From positions 1 to 33,966 of IMG/VR virus record IMGVR_UViG_3300032225_000821: 33,966 nt of DNA; one strand, 5' to 3'. Source of the DNA: a virus (lineage: Duplodnaviria; Caudoviricetes). A program made the position numbers and the translations under genes. Under the pieces are notes generated by a model. The model was not told the origin of the DNA. It saw nothing but the letters and a program-made list of their open reading frames with translations, and made no database searches. Shown here piece by piece: positions 24,896-33,966 of the stretch; the first letter of the stretch is position 1; each line of letters begins with the position of its first letter.

Positions 24896-26362
24896 ATGAG
24901 CGAGCAGATCACCTACGCCTACGCCGGCGACATCGACAAGTCCTACGACGAGGACGGCAGTCTCATCGTGGTCGGCAAGGCGACGGGCCCGGACCTCGAC
25001 CTTGACGAGCAGGTCTGCGACCCCAACTGGCTCAAGTCTGCGATGCCCGCATGGATGGAGTATGGCAACCTCCGAGAGATGCACCAGCCGGTCGCCGCCG
25101 GCATCGGCCTCGAGCTCAGCGCCGACGGTGACGACTGGCACCTCAAGAGCAAGGTCGTCGACCCCGGCACCCAGGCGAAGATCGAGGCGGGAGCCCTCCG
25201 CGGCTACTCCATCGGCATCAAGGGCGCCAAGGTCATCAAGGACGCCGCCGCCCCCGGTGGCCGCATCATCGGTGGGACCATCGTGGAGGTGTCCTACGTG
25301 GACCGCCCATGCAACCCGACCGCCGTCACCGCCATCGCCAAGGGCGCCGGACTCTCGCAGGCCGTCGAGGCCGCTGAGGCCGACCGCGTCTACAAGGGCA
25401 ACGAGATGAACGCCGACGCCAACATCGGCGCCGAGTGGAAGCCCGAGGAGACGTACCAGACCGACCAGGACGGCGCCACGCCGACGACCAAGGACGGCGA
25501 GTACCCGGACACAATCCAGTGCTCCAACTGCGACGGCCTCGGCAAGCTCCCCGACACGGGCGACGAGTGCCCGACCTGCGGCGGCTCCGGTCAGGTCGAC
25601 CCCGACGAGCGTGAGCAGGCCGGCATCAGCCCCGCCACCATCGTCGAGAACGATGGCGAGAAGGACGCCGAGCCCGACAGGATCAAGGCCGTCAGCCCGA
25701 TCCGTGACCTCGCCAACCTCCTCCAGGCGCACGACATCGACAAGGTGGAGCACGACCCCGCAGCCCTCACCGCCGTCCGTGACGCTCTCATCGCCCTCAT
25801 CAAGGCCGAGCTCGACGAGATGGTCGCCGGCGAGGAGGACGAGACGTGCGACGTTTCGCACCTCATGGCCGCCCTGAGCATCTTCCTCCAGTGGTGGGAG
25901 GGCGAGGCCGACGAGGGCGAGACTGCCGCACCATTCCTCTCTGAGGACGACGACAAGGAGCCAGAGATGGACCTGACCTACCTCGGCGTCAGCGCCGACC
26001 TCATCAAGAGCGTGGGCGCCGGCGAGGCCGAGCCCGACGCCATCAAGATCGACCTCATCAAGGCCCTCGGCATCGAGGACCTCCGTGAGGACGTGCAGAC
26101 CGTGAAGGCAGCGCAGCAGGAGGAGCTTGATCTCCTCAAGGCTGAGCTGGAGCGGATCAAGACGCTGGCCGCCCCCGGTGGCCCGGCGATCACCCGGACG
26201 CAGGCCCAGGCGCACAAGAGCGCCGAAGCCGAGCGCCTCGAGGCTGAGGCCAATCGGTACTACAGCATCGCAGAGCAGGTCGAGGATCTCAACCTGGCGA
26301 AGATGTACCGCGACAAGGCCGACGCCATGAGCCGCGACGCATCCAAGATCGCCTCCGCCTAG
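24896..26362 (+). CDS. Prohead protease-scaffold fusion
   Basis: HK97-type protease motifs DLDEQV, LREMHQP, GYSIG, EVSYVDRPCNP; acidic helical C-terminus; AGGAG RBS. Confidence 0.85.
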   Translation: MSEQITYAYAGDIDKSYDEDGSLIVVGKATGPDLDLDEQVCDPNWLKSAMPAWMEYGNLREMHQPVAAGIGLELSADGDDWHLKSKVVDPGTQAKIEAGALRGYSIGIKGAKVIKDAAAPGGRIIGGTIVEVSYVDRPCNPTAVTAIAKGAGLSQAVEAAEADRVYKGNEMNADANIGAEWKPEETYQTDQDGATPTTKDGEYPDTIQCSNCDGLGKLPDTGDECPTCGGSGQVDPDEREQAGISPATIVENDGEKDAEPDRIKAVSPIRDLANLLQAHDIDKVEHDPAALTAVRDALIALIKAELDEMVAGEEDETCDVSHLMAALSIFLQWWEGEADEGETAAPFLSEDDDKEPEMDLTYLGVSADLIKSVGAGEAEPDAIKIDLIKALGIEDLREDVQTVKAAQQEELDLLKAELERIKTLAAPGGPAITRTQAQAHKSAEAERLEAEANRYYSIAEQVEDLNLAKMYRDKADAMSRDASKIASA

Positions 26363-26405
26363 CAAGCACCAACCCCAACCCTTCCATCCCGTAAAGGAAC
26401 CCATC

Positions 26406-28079
26406 ATGGCTTTCGCAGCCCCCAAGGTGGACGAGCTTTTCGGCGGACTCCCCGCCGAGCAGCGTGTCGACCGCTTCGAGCAGTTCAAGTCGGTCCTGGC
26501 TGAGTGCCAGAGCCGCTCCATCCGCAACTCCCAGTCCGGCGCCACGATGTTCGTGCGCGGCGAGGGCATCGTCAAGAGCGCCAACGCTGGCACCGACCTC
26601 GACGCCCTGCGCTCGGAGATGACGACCAAGGCGATGACGCCCGACCAGGCCGCCGACGTGCAGAGCGCACTCGACCGCCTGAGCGAGCTGAACAAGGACT
26701 GGAGCCTCACCAACCCGCTCTCGTCCGCCGTCGGCACCTACGGCATGGTCCCCTACGACCTCGACCCGGCGCTGGCCCTCCTCGTGCCTCGCTCCTTTGT
26801 GGTCCGCAACTCCGTCGCTCGCGTCGGTGGGATCGGTCAGGCCAAGGAGTACCGTCGCATCACCGGCGTGTCGAACTCCGGCACCGGAGGCGTCGCCAAC
26901 CTGAACACCTTCTTCTCGTCGGCCTCGCAGACCTCGACGTGGGACAACGGGAACATCACCCGCAACCGTCCGGCGCACATCTCGTACGCCGCCGACCGCC
27001 ACGTCGTGCCCTACACCGAGCAGGGCGTGTCCGACGCCGTTTCGATGCAGGCGCAGTTCGCCGGCCAGGGCTTCGCAGACCTGCGCCAGCTCTCGCACAC
27101 GGCGGCCCTGTGGGCGCACATGATCGGTGAGGAGCGCAACCTCATCACCGCTCGTGGAACGGCCACCGGCTACACCGGCGCCCTCGCCACCCCGGTCGTG
27201 GGCAACTTCACCACGGCAGCGGCGACGACCACCGGCGGCGCACTCGTCGGCGGAACGGACACCCTGTACTTCAAGGTGACCTACGACTCGGGCTTCGGCG
27301 AGACTGTCGCCTCCGCTGAGGGCTCTCGTGTCGTCTCGGGCTCGAACAACTCGGTGACCATCACCGCTCCCTCGAGCCTCCCCGCCGCTGCGGTCCGCTG
27401 GTGGGTCTACTCGGGCACCGTCTCGGGCACCTACACGCTCAAGACTGCGGTCGTCGGCTCGTCCGTCACCATCCTCACCGCTGGCACCGGCTCCTTCACC
27501 CCCTCGGGTACGGGCGCCTCGGCCAACGCTGCGGCCTACGACGGCCTCATCGCCACCTACACCGACACCACGCAGGCGGGCTACGTCAAGCGGCTCAACA
27601 GCACCCTCTCCACCTCGGAGCCGGGCGCAGAGTTCCAGGACGCCTTCGCCAGCCTGTACTCGTCGGTGATCGCTGACCCGGACGCCATCCTCACGGACGG
27701 CGGCACGCGTCGGGCGCTCGCCAAGGCGATCCAGCAGAGCGGCGGCTCGGCCACCGGCTACCGGATCAACTACGACGGCGGCGACGGCGTCAACATCGGC
27801 TCGGTCGTCACCGGCCTCGCCAACGAGGTCACCGGCAAGATCGTCGACATCGTGGCGTCGCCGTACATCCCCGCCGGCGTGGCCCTGATCTGGAGCAAGC
27901 AGCTCCCGTTCCCGGACTCGGGTGTCACCACGACCACCGAGGTCGCCAACGTGCAGGACATGATGGTGATCGAGTGGCCCGTCACGTCGCTCAACTACGA
28001 GCTCAGCACGTACCAGTACGGCACCATGCTCCACCGGGCTCCGGCCTGGTCGGGCGCCATCACCGGAATCACCGGCTGA
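26406..28079 (+). CDS. Major capsid protein with inserted Ig-like domain
   Basis: Position after the protease; 557 aa; terminator follows; internal Thr/Ser/Gly beta domain. Confidence 0.85.
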   Translation: MAFAAPKVDELFGGLPAEQRVDRFEQFKSVLAECQSRSIRNSQSGATMFVRGEGIVKSANAGTDLDALRSEMTTKAMTPDQAADVQSALDRLSELNKDWSLTNPLSSAVGTYGMVPYDLDPALALLVPRSFVVRNSVARVGGIGQAKEYRRITGVSNSGTGGVANLNTFFSSASQTSTWDNGNITRNRPAHISYAADRHVVPYTEQGVSDAVSMQAQFAGQGFADLRQLSHTAALWAHMIGEERNLITARGTATGYTGALATPVVGNFTTAAATTTGGALVGGTDTLYFKVTYDSGFGETVASAEGSRVVSGSNNSVTITAPSSLPAAAVRWWVYSGTVSGTYTLKTAVVGSSVTILTAGTGSFTPSGTGASANAAAYDGLIATYTDTTQAGYVKRLNSTLSTSEPGAEFQDAFASLYSSVIADPDAILTDGGTRRALAKAIQQSGGSATGYRINYDGGDGVNIGSVVTGLANEVTGKIVDIVASPYIPAGVALIWSKQLPFPDSGVTTTTEVANVQDMMVIEWPVTSLNYELSTYQYGTMLHRAPAWSGAITGITG

Positions 28080-28100
28080 TCGCTCCGTACAGCACGCCTC

Positions 28101-28143
28101 AGGCGGGCGGCTCGGGTCCTCGTGGCTCGGGTCGCCCGCCTTT
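28101..28143 (+). terminator. Intrinsic terminator after the capsid gene
   Basis: AGGCGGGCGGCTCGGGTC / GGCTCGGGTCGCCCGCCT stem followed by Ts. Confidence 0.75.
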
Positions 28144-28160
28144 GGCGGTAGGAGGGAAGA

Positions 28161-28418
28161 ATGACCAGGATGCTAGGCCCGGACAAGGGCGCCAAGGCCG
28201 TCGAGATCGGTGGACGTGAGCACCGCCAGCACCGAGACGGTACGTTCCACGTCGATCCGATCACGGCGAAGATGATGAAACGGACCGGCGACTTCGTGAC
28301 GGTCGGGACGGTCATCTCTCCCGCCACCGGATTCAAGTGCCAGGACTGCGGATTCCTCGCCGTGTTCTCCGACCATTGTGGCAAGTGCGACGGCTCCAAC
28401 CTGATCCCCGAGGACTAA
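28161..28418 (+). CDS. Small Zn-ribbon protein
   Basis: CQDCGF..CGKC; AGGAGG RBS. Confidence 0.7.
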   Translation: MTRMLGPDKGAKAVEIGGREHRQHRDGTFHVDPITAKMMKRTGDFVTVGTVISPATGFKCQDCGFLAVFSDHCGKCDGSNLIPED

Positions 28419-28433
28419 GGCAGACTAGAACCC

Positions 28434-29354
28434 ATGAGCGCCATCTCCCCGCAGAACCTCACCTATCAGAACCGGACCGTCTACCTGACGCCGGCTGAGG
28501 TCAAGGGGTCGCCGATCGCTTCGGCCATTGACTTCACGCAGCTCATCCCGGGCGGAGACTTCAAGACGCAGGACACCGCCCTCGCTTCCCTCATCGCCCA
28601 GGCATCCGCCGAGGCCGACCAGTATTGCCTCGGAGCCGTCGGCACCCTCGGCGCCACCGTCAACACGGAGGCAGGCCGCTACCGCTCCAACCGCCAGGGC
28701 TGGATCATCGTCCACCCGGGCTTTTGGCCCATCCTCGAGGTCCAGACGTTTTCGGTCGGCACGTCCCCCGGCATGACGACGCAGTTGACCGTTACCAACG
28801 ACAACTGTTGGATCGAGCAGCGCCAGTTCGTCATGGCCGCAACCTCCGACTCATGGTCCTCCAACGGGCCCGTCGAGCTCTCGGCGATCGGCTGGAACAT
28901 GAACGGCTACCAGTTCGTCGAATACACCTACGTCAACGGCTTCTTCTGCCAGTTCCTCTCGTCGCCCGTCGCCGCTGGCGCTTCGTCCATCGTGGTCCCG
29001 CACACGACCGGCCTCTACCCCGGGATTCCGTTCACGATCTACGACGGCTCCCTCAGCGAGACGGCCACGGTCGCCTCAACGTGGGACAGCACGAGCACCA
29101 CGATCCCGCTCGTCGCTCCCCTGACCTACGCCCACGGCGCCGGCACGCACGCCACGACGCTCCCGCCGACCGTCAAGGAAGCGGTTATCCACCTCGTCGT
29201 CGCCAAGGTCAAGGCCCGAGGCCAGGGCGGCTTCGTCCTCAACGAGATCGGCGAGCCGACGATGGTGAGCGGACGCACCGAGACGAGCTACGAGGACCAC
29301 CGCATCGGCCTCAACCTCCTCGACGCCTTCAAGCAGGTCACGGGCCGAGCATGA
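28434..29354 (+). CDS. Head-to-tail adaptor
   Basis: YLTPAEVK, ASAEADQYC, LPPTVKEAVI motifs; position. Confidence 0.75.
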   Translation: MSAISPQNLTYQNRTVYLTPAEVKGSPIASAIDFTQLIPGGDFKTQDTALASLIAQASAEADQYCLGAVGTLGATVNTEAGRYRSNRQGWIIVHPGFWPILEVQTFSVGTSPGMTTQLTVTNDNCWIEQRQFVMAATSDSWSSNGPVELSAIGWNMNGYQFVEYTYVNGFFCQFLSSPVAAGASSIVVPHTTGLYPGIPFTIYDGSLSETATVASTWDSTSTTIPLVAPLTYAHGAGTHATTLPPTVKEAVIHLVVAKVKARGQGGFVLNEIGEPTMVSGRTETSYEDHRIGLNLLDAFKQVTGRA

Positions 29355-29875
29355 CCACCGTCCGCCAGGACACTCGAGCCGCCATCGCCGCCTACCTCGA
29401 CCCCTCCGTCGCCGGCATCGACAACCTCGGCAAGGTGCTCCCGCATCCTGCCAAGTTCTCGCCGGAGGGCATCTTCTACGAGAACACGGACCCCGGCCAC
29501 ACGACCGGCGCCGTCATCTACATCTACCTCCAGCGCCAGTCGGATCGACGGGTCGCCCTCGGCGGAGCGCACAACGGGCGCAAGGTCGTCGAGTTCCAGT
29601 TGGTCCTCGACTGCTTCATCCGCTCCACGAGCCCCAAGGCCGAGGACTGCGGCGAGGCGGCGGATCAGTTCCTCGACCAGCTCGTCACCCGCATCCGAGC
29701 GGACCGCAACGCCGGCGCCCCTGCGGTCATCTTCACATGGGGCGAGGGCACCTTCCCCGGAGGCCGTGACATCGAGGTCGAGGCCCTCTACCCCAAGACG
29801 ATAATGGGCGCCCAAATGGCGACTCAGGTGTACGCTTCTTGCAGGCTCACCGTTCTAGCCATCGAGAACACCTAG
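29351..29875 (+). CDS. Tail terminator/completion protein
   Basis: MTTVRQDTRAAIAAYL...; located before the major tail gene. Confidence 0.65.
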   Translation: MTTVRQDTRAAIAAYLDPSVAGIDNLGKVLPHPAKFSPEGIFYENTDPGHTTGAVIYIYLQRQSDRRVALGGAHNGRKVVEFQLVLDCFIRSTSPKAEDCGEAADQFLDQLVTRIRADRNAGAPAVIFTWGEGTFPGGRDIEVEALYPKTIMGAQMATQVYASCRLTVLAIENT

Positions 29876-29884
29876 AGGACCGAG

Positions 29885-30133
29885 ATGCCCGACTTCACCT
29901 ACATCGGCGACACCCCGATCGACTACATCGTCGTCGGCGTTCCTGGCGCATCGTTCTCCGTCAAGAACGGCGACATCATCTCGCTCGAGGTGGACCCGAA
30001 CACGCCTGACTTCGTGCCCGCCGTCAAGGCCTCCAAGAACGCATCCGCACCGAGCGCCCCGGCCACCGTTTCCGACGTGGCAGGCGGCGATCTAGACCCC
30101 TCTCAGACCACTCCAGCCCCCGAGGAGCAGTAG
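29885..30133 (+). CDS. Hypothetical structural-region protein
   Basis: GAGG RBS; coupled to the major tail gene. Confidence 0.6.
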   Translation: MPDFTYIGDTPIDYIVVGVPGASFSVKNGDIISLEVDPNTPDFVPAVKASKNASAPSAPATVSDVAGGDLDPSQTTPAPEEQ

Positions 30134-31098
30134 TGCCGTACACCTCCGTAAACAGTTTCGTCCAGCTCGGCATCGAGGGGACCTCTGGCACCCTGTCGAG
30201 CAACCTCAAGACGATCCCCGTCTCCTCGCCGCAGGTGACCCCCATGCAGACCTTCCTCCGAGACGAGGCCTTCCGAGGCTCGCCGGCCAAGGTCTACTCG
30301 CAGGTCGCCGGCGTCCGTCACGACGAGTACGACGCCAAGTTCTACGTCTTCCCCGACACCTTCCCGCTCCTCGCCTACTCCATCCTCGGCGTGGACACCG
30401 TGACCGGCACGACGCCCAAGGTTCACACGGTCAAGCTCAAGAACGACGCCACAACCGGCTCGCAGCCTCCGAGCGTCTCCATCATCGACTTTGACGGCCA
30501 GCAGGCTTTCCAGATGCTCGACGCCCAGGCCACCGACCTCAAGCTCAACTTCGGAGCCGAGGCCGCAGTCGAGGCCACGACGAAGTTCATCGCTCAGCCC
30601 TGGAGCGAGGTCGGCACCCCCGGCTCGCTCTCCATCGGCTCCAACACCTTCGTCCCCGGATGGGACTGCGCCCTCAGCATCGGCGGCACCTCGTCGGCGG
30701 TCCTCGTCGACGGTGAGGTCAACATCACTCGCAGCGCCGAGGCGATCTTCACCGCCGGCCAGCAGAACCCGTACAAGACGTGGGCCGGTCCGATCGACGT
30801 GACCGGGCGCCTCAAGTTCGTGGTCGAGTCCACCGACCCGCTCCTCCTCGCCGCCAATGGCTCCATCGCCCTGACGCAGAACACCAAGGCCGTCGTGCTT
30901 ACCTTCACCGAGCCCGTCACGACCTACACCACGGCGATCACCATGAGCCAGGTCCAGTTCCACGACGCCAAGCGCACGAGGGACAAGGCCTACGTTGAGG
31001 TCGACGCCTCCTTCACGGCGCAGGCCAACACGACCGACGCCGCCTCGGGCTACTCGCCCATCAAGATCGTCTCGCAGAACACGGTCTCCTCCTACTAA
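30133..31098 (+). CDS. Major tail tube protein
   Basis: LGIEGTSGT N-terminus; beta-rich 321 aa; precedes the chaperone. Confidence 0.85.
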   Translation: MPYTSVNSFVQLGIEGTSGTLSSNLKTIPVSSPQVTPMQTFLRDEAFRGSPAKVYSQVAGVRHDEYDAKFYVFPDTFPLLAYSILGVDTVTGTTPKVHTVKLKNDATTGSQPPSVSIIDFDGQQAFQMLDAQATDLKLNFGAEAAVEATTKFIAQPWSEVGTPGSLSIGSNTFVPGWDCALSIGGTSSAVLVDGEVNITRSAEAIFTAGQQNPYKTWAGPIDVTGRLKFVVESTDPLLLAANGSIALTQNTKAVVLTFTEPVTTYTTAITMSQVQFHDAKRTRDKAYVEVDASFTAQANTTDAASGYSPIKIVSQNTVSSY

Positions 31099-31514
31099 TG
31101 CGCCACGACCTCCCCGGCGGCTGGGCCGACATCCGAGAGTCCTCCGAGCTCACCGAGCGGCAGGCTCGTCCGGTCCGCAAGGCTTACGCATCCTTCGCCG
31201 GCGCCCTCGCTCGAGCGATCGATCCGAACGCCAACCCGGACACGCTCACCGAGGCCGACCTCATCCGAGCGATCGGGCCGGACTACATCGACGCCCGTGA
31301 CGCCTACCAGGACGCCCTCATCGTCGCCTACGTCGCCGAGTGGTCATGGTCGGAGCCGAGCACCGAGGCCGCCGACGTGCTCCCGATCGCCGTCTACTCC
31401 GCCCTCGTCGAGCTCTGTGAGCAGGCCGACCGAGCCAAGCCCGACCTCGGGCCGGACGGTGCATCGGACCCAAAAGCGCCTACCGGGATCTCAACCGACT
31501 CCGAGCAGCCCTAG
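31098..31514 (+). CDS. Tail assembly chaperone (G)
   Basis: Position; slippery C CCA AAA at 31469-31475. Confidence 0.8.
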   Translation: MRHDLPGGWADIRESSELTERQARPVRKAYASFAGALARAIDPNANPDTLTEADLIRAIGPDYIDARDAYQDALIVAYVAEWSWSEPSTEAADVLPIAVYSALVELCEQADRAKPDLGPDGASDPKAPTGISTDSEQP

Positions 31515-31699
31515 AGGGCCGAGTCTCCGAGCCACCGTCGGCGGACATCGCCGCACGATGGAGGGAGCACCGCTACCGGCGCTTGTACCCGATGACCCAC
31601 GAGCAATACCTGGACGAGCCCGCCGAGGTAATCGACTGGACGCTCGCCCTAGATAGCATGGAGCAGGAGGTGCGGGCCGATGCCGAGCGTGATCGTTAG
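31469..31699 (+). CDS. Tail assembly chaperone -1 frameshift extension (T)
   Basis: -1 frame reads SAYRDLNRLRAALEG...MTHEQYLDEPAEVIDW...DR*. Confidence 0.8.
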   Translation, partial: PKSAYRDLNRLRAALEGRVSEPPSADIAARWREHRYRRLYPMTHEQYLDEPAEVIDWTLALDSMEQEVRADAERDR

Positions 31700-32195
31700 C
31701 GGAGTCAAGGAGACGAACGCCTCCATTGACCACCTCATCCTCAAGATGTCCGAGGCCGCCCGCAACACGGTCATCAAGGGCGGCATGATCGTCGCCAAGG
31801 CGGCCAAAGAGGAGTTCACCGAGCTCGCCATCCACAAGTCGACGGGCGAGGTCCGCATCGTCGGCGGCGACGGTCGCAAGCGCAACGAGCTCGCCGGCTC
31901 CAAGTACCGAGGCAACAACATCTCCGGCATGAGCCGACCGCACGCCAGGACGCACATCCTCCGGGAGAGCATCAAGGTCAGCGAAGTGTCGCAGGTCGGC
32001 CCTGGCCGATGGATGAGCAAGACGGGCCCGACGCAGACCTACGGGCGCCGTGTTGAGCTCGGATTCACCGGGACCGACGTGCTCGGTCGCCGTTACAACC
32101 AGCCCGCCTATCCGTACTTGCAGCCCGGATTCGAGAAGGCACGCCCCGAGCTGGAAGCCCTCTACGCTGAGGAAGTCCGAAAGGCGATGGCATAA
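31680..32195 (+). CDS. HK97 gp10-like neck/tail protein
   Basis: V.GVKE, RT..LRESI, YGRRVELG, PAYPYLQPGFE. Confidence 0.75.
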   Translation: MPSVIVSGVKETNASIDHLILKMSEAARNTVIKGGMIVAKAAKEEFTELAIHKSTGEVRIVGGDGRKRNELAGSKYRGNNISGMSRPHARTHILRESIKVSEVSQVGPGRWMSKTGPTQTYGRRVELGFTGTDVLGRRYNQPAYPYLQPGFEKARPELEALYAEEVRKAMA

Positions 32196-33966
32196 TGGCT
32201 GAAAGCGGACTCCTCCCTCCCGTAGTCGTCCACCTCCTTGCCGACATCAAGGAGTTCCAGGCCAAGATGGGCGAGGCCAAGGGCGAGATGGACACCCTCT
32301 CGGCCAAGGGCGCCAGCACCGGCGCCATGCTTTCCAAGGGCTTCGGACTCGCCGCCCTCGGAGTCGCCGGCCTCGCCGCCGGCATCGCAGGCATCGGCAT
32401 CAAGTCGGCGATCGACTACCAAGACTCCATGACCAAGGTCGGCGGGCAGTTGGGCCTCACCGAGGATGCCACCAAGAAGCTCGGCGAGACGTTCCTCAAG
32501 ACCTCCCGAGGCTCGGAGTATTCCGCCAACGATCTCGCCAAGGCCTACGCCGGCGTGGCCGGTCAGGTCGCCAACCTCTCAGGCGGCACCGATGTCGCCG
32601 GATCGTCCACCGAGATCCTTAAGGCCTCGATGGAGCTGGCGACCGCCAAGGGCATCGACCTCAACACGGCAGTCGGCAACGTCGTCGCCACCATGAAGAC
32701 GTTCCAGATGCCGACCGCCGACGCCGGCGATGCAATGGCGCTCCTCTACAACACGAGCAGCGCCACCGGCCTCAGCATCGACACGCTCAACTCGACGATG
32801 GGCCGCATGAACGCCGCCGTCGTCGGCGTCAAGCCTCCGGCTTCCGACCTCGCCGGCCTCCTCGTGGACCTCGGCCAGCATGGCGTCACCGGCGGCAAGG
32901 CGATCACAAGCGTCTCCAACGCCTTCGGCAAGATGCTCAACCCGGCCTTCCAGACGACCAAGGCGGCGCAAGACCTCAACCTCACGATCTACGACACCAA
33001 CGGCAACTTCGTCGGATTCCGCAACATCATTGAGCAGTTGCAGCCCAAGCTCGCCGGGATGACCAACGAGCAGCAGCAGGCAACGATCGCCTCCCTCGGC
33101 CTCGGCTCCGCCGGCGAGAAGTTGCTGCCGACGATCAACGCCGGCACGACCGCCTTCGATCAGGCGACCACCGCCGTCAAGGACCACAAGAAGGCGACCA
33201 AGGCAGCCGAGGATCAGAGCAACACCTTCAAGGGCAACCTCGAGAAGGTCAAGGCCGCAGCGCAGGACGCCGCTACCTCCCTCGGCAACGTCCTCCTCCC
33301 CGACGTGACCAAGGCGATGGGCTGGCTCGCTGGCCCCGGCTCCGATTACCTCCACAAGTTCATCAACGGCCTTGAGGGCAAGGGTCATTCCAAGAACCCG
33401 GCGCACCAGCTCGGCCTTGACATCCGCAACATGGTCACGGAGATCGGTAACGCCTTCACCACGCTCAAGGGCTATTGGGACGCCCTCCCGCCCGAGGTCA
33501 AGAAGATGCTCGGCGCCGGTCTGGCTGGAGCGGCGGTTGGTGCCAAGGCCGGACCGGCTGGAGCCGGTGTCGGCTTCGTCGCCGGTGCCACGTCTCCCGG
33601 CGTCGTCGCTGGAGCGCAGGCGCACAAGCGTGGCATCCTCGACCGACTGAGGGCCTCGTCAACGTACGGCTACTCAGCCGACATCGGCGGCGGACTCGTG
33701 TCGGCCAAGGATCTCATCGGTGGACTTATCACCGAGCTCATCGGCACCTCGCCCGCCGGCGCAGCCGAGCACAAGCCCGGAGGCAAGGGCGGGACTGGCG
33801 GCACCGACCTCGCCGCCGCCATGAACAGCGCCCTCACCGCCATCGCCACCAACACGGCGCAGTCGGCGACCACGCTCCAGACCTCGGACGGACGCCTGGA
33901 GCGCCACGGCCAGCACCTTGAAAAGATCGACACCTACACCGTCTACGTCTCGCAGCACACCCGAGA
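32195..33966 (+). CDS. Tape measure protein (3' truncated; not in ORF track)
   Basis: MAESGLLPPVVVHLLADIKEFQAKM...; TP901-like core (IYDTNGNFVG..IIEQL); frame open to the window end. Confidence 0.9.
   Translation, partial: MAESGLLPPVVVHLLADIKEFQAKMGEAKGEMDTLSAKGASTGAMLSKGFGLAALGVAGLAAGIAGIGIKSAIDYQDSMTKVGGQLGLTEDATKKLGETFLKTSRGSEYSANDLAKAYAGVAGQVANLSGGTDVAGSSTEILKASMELATAKGIDLNTAVGNVVATMKTFQMPTADAGDAMALLYNTSSATGLSIDTLNSTMGRMNAAVVGVKPPASDLAGLLVDLGQHGVTGGKAITSVSNAFGKMLNPAFQTTKAAQDLNLTIYDTNGNFVGFRNIIEQLQPKLAGMTNEQQQATIASLGLGSAGEKLLPTINAGTTAFDQATTAVKDHKKATKAAEDQSNTFKGNLEKVKAAAQDAATSLGNVLLPDVTKAMGWLAGPGSDYLHKFINGLEGKGHSKNPAHQLGLDIRNMVTEIGNAFTTLKGYWDALPPEVKKMLGAGLAGAAVGAKAGPAGAGVGFVAGATSPGVVAGAQAHKRGILDRLRASSTYGYSADIGGGLVSAKDLIGGLITELIGTSPAGAAEHKPGGKGGTGGTDLAAAMNSALTAIATNTAQSATTLQTSDGRLERHGQHLEKIDTYTVYVSQHTR

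Noticed and set aside
24638-28034. Long minus-strand ORFs (699 aa and 581 aa)
   Set aside because: Antisense shadows of the protease and capsid genes, expected from high-GC codon bias; no recognisable motifs

Overview
High-GC tailed (siphovirus-type) phage genome fragment. A WhiB gene, leaderless-type promoters and an Rpf-like transglycosylase suggest an actinobacterial host (inference). The window starts inside the endolysin and ends inside the tape measure gene. Order: lysis cassette, permuted NlpC/P60, 1354-aa tailspike and metallophosphoesterase (+); a leftward arm of small genes including resolvase, HNH, RHH, SSB, SSAP and WhiB (-); a rightward arm with a replication initiator carrying iterons, YqaJ exonuclease, zinc-finger paralogues and a transglycosylase; then terminases, portal, MuF, protease/scaffold, capsid, neck and tail genes. 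I see no integrase, polymerase, tRNA or CRISPR. Two signals stand out. (1) A ~100-nt two-hairpin RNA candidate at 19297-19400 whose loops are complementary to a shared GGAGTCA + Shine-Dalgarno leader on four predicted early transcripts and to GGAAGGGG RBSs, i.e. a possible multi-target antisense early-to-late switch. (2) The MuF reading frame lacks a start codon for its N-terminal part and is joined to the portal by a canonical -1 slippery site (C CCT TTA). CGCG is also strongly avoided. All functional calls come from motif recognition by eye, without database searches.
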